From the NCBI GenBank assembly GCA_964106915.2, contig OZ066921.1: a stretch of DNA of 64,000 bases. The stretch is one strand, 5' to 3'. Shown piece by piece: positions 62,360 to 64,000 of this stretch. A model generated the notes under the pieces. That model made no database searches. It was not told where the DNA came from and saw only the letters and a list, made by a program, of their open reading frames with translations. The first letter of the stretch is position 1. Each line of letters starts with the position of its first letter. The DNA is from Podarcis gaigeae. Its lineage: Eukaryota. Both the position numbers and the translations under genes were made by a program.

Positions 62360-62585
62360 CATTGGTATCTCGGGTTAAGAACTTAATTCGTTCTGGAGGT
62401 CCGTTCTTAACCTGAAACTGTTCTTAACCTGAGGTACCACTTTAGCTAATGGGGCCTCCCACTGCTGCCGCACTGCTGCTGCGCAATTTCTGTTCTCATC
62501 CTGAAGCAAAGTTCTTAACCCGAGGTAATATTTCTGGGTTAGCGGAGTCTGTAACCTGAAGCGTCTGTAACCCGAGGTATCACTG
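62360..62585 (-). mobile_element. Tc/Mariner (Tigger-like) MITE, inverted relative to 31645 and 60380
   Basis: Reverse complement of the same family, TA flanks. Confidence 0.9.
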
Positions 62586-63348
62586 TACTTCCCAGTTCAG
62601 GAGTGGCTGATCCTGGGGGGCTGGATGACAGTCAGTGCCCAAGGAGCTAGAACCATAGAAGCACTGAATTGTAATTGGAAGGGACTCAAAGGGACAACTA
62701 GTCCAACCCACTCCAGTGCAGGAAACACAGCTGCCTCTGCACATCAGCCAGGCCACTCAGGGGTTGACTGTGAGCTGTTGAAAAGCTGGCTTGTGTTAAA
62801 AAGCCAGTACAACTTCCCCAACCAGCAGGAAGTATCCTTAGCTTGTGAGGGCTGCATCCCCCGGCATCTGGGTCGCACTTTGGACCGTCTGTGGGAAAGG
62901 TGAGCCATTGCGAGTCCAGTCTTGACATTGCTCCCCAAGGGCCTGGGCCATGTGGATCCTTCCTTAGCTGGCAAAGTTAAGCAACAGCATTGAAGTCGTC
63001 CTCTGCGGGCAAGGAGAGCTTGTGCACTGTTTTAAGAAAATGCAATCAGTTGCTCCATGTGCTGTCCGATGCCGGCTGCCTTACTCACTGAGACAAAACG
63101 GGAGGCACACTGACCTTTCCTGTACATGTGGTGGGTGTGACGCTATTTACAGTAAAAGTCCATACTCCAAAGGCTGGCTTTTGCCCTGCTTCTTTTAATC
63201 ACCGCTTGTTTGATCAGCACACTGGGAACGATGTGTCCCCACCTGGTGCTGGGAGTCAGGCACGAGAGACCCAGGGAGGAAGGAGGATGGGCCTGGCCGG
63301 TCCTGGGAGTCTTAAGAAATCTGCTTGATACAAGATCACCAGCTGGCC

Positions 63349-63530
63349 TCATAGAATCATAGAGCCGTAGAGTTGGATGGGATCCCCAAGGGTCATCTAT
63401 CCCAACCCCCTGCAATGCAAGAATCACAGCTCAAGGATCCCTGGCAGATGGCCATCCAGCCTCTGCTTGGATATAGGCAGTTCACCACCTTCTCAGGGAG
63501 TCCATTCCACTGTTGGAACAGCTCTCCTCC
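63349..63530 (-). mobile_element. CR1 3' end
   Basis: catagaatcatagag..gagttggatgggatccccaagggtcatcta..ccattccactgttggaacagctct. Confidence 0.8.
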
Positions 63531-63672
63531 TATGAGAGGAGAAGAGAATAAGTCACTGTTCTCATCAGAAGTCACTGGTAGCCCTACTGTTGTTCAAACA
63601 AATTTAGCTCCTGAAGTATAATACGAAGGGAACCCTGTTTCCATTTCAGTCTGGATTTCAGAGACTCTAAGC

Positions 63673-63808
63673 CAGGCATAGGCAAATGCTGGCCCTCCAG
63701 ATGTTTGGGACTACAATTCCCATCATCCCTGACCACTCGTCCTGTTCGCTAGGGATGATGGGAATTGTAGTCCCAAACATCTGGAGAGCCGGAGTTTGCC
63801 TATGCCTG
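63673..63808. mobile_element. Palindromic hAT MITE
   Basis: CAGGCATAGGCAAA..TTTGCCTATGCCTG; degenerate TSD CTCTAAGC / CTTTGAGC. Confidence 0.88.
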
Positions 63809-64000
63809 CTTTGAGCTGTCAACAGAGTCCACTTGAGCCATCCCCCCAAAGGCCGGCACACAGTGACTTTAAGATGCCAGATTTGTATCCATTCAGACTG
63901 GTCTGTTGGTTGCAGGCGGGCAACTGGTGGTGGCAGATCTTACCTTGGGGGATGAGCAGGCAAATGAGCCTCTGGTGTTGCTGGGGGCCTGTAATAGTGG

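Noticed and set aside
53215-64000. Next PEPD exon (LFDMGGEYYC..)
   Set aside because: Not found by eye; probably beyond the window. The preceding exon was likewise not found in 1-38987.

Overview
Eukaryotic genomic DNA from a squamate reptile, most likely a lacertid lizard (inferred from a Sauria/Squam1-type SINE and other squamate repeat families). The window is almost entirely intronic sequence of PEPD (prolidase, Xaa-Pro dipeptidase) on the + strand. Two coding exons are visible: 38988-39056 and 53137-53214, equivalent to human exons 10 and 11. Between them lies a very young, intact, sense-oriented Ty1/Copia LTR retrotransposon (43339-48593). It has LTRs that look identical by eye, an unbroken 1342-aa Gag-Pol ORF and a primer-binding site matching the anticodon arm of initiator tRNA-Met, but a clipped 3' end and no target-site duplication (TSD). 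At 27567-27820 a Penelope-like inverted-repeat insertion carries two minimal hammerhead ribozyme motifs, one per strand. Two near-identical CR1 3' ends in opposite orientation bracket the 69-nt exon. The rest is CR1, L2 and L1 fragments, tRNA-derived SINEs, many hAT and Tc/Mariner MITEs (several with clean TSDs, one nested), microsatellites and repeat-free blocks that may be conserved enhancers. Nearly all short ORFs in the supplied track are spurious. Family names come from my recall of consensus sequences, not from a database search.
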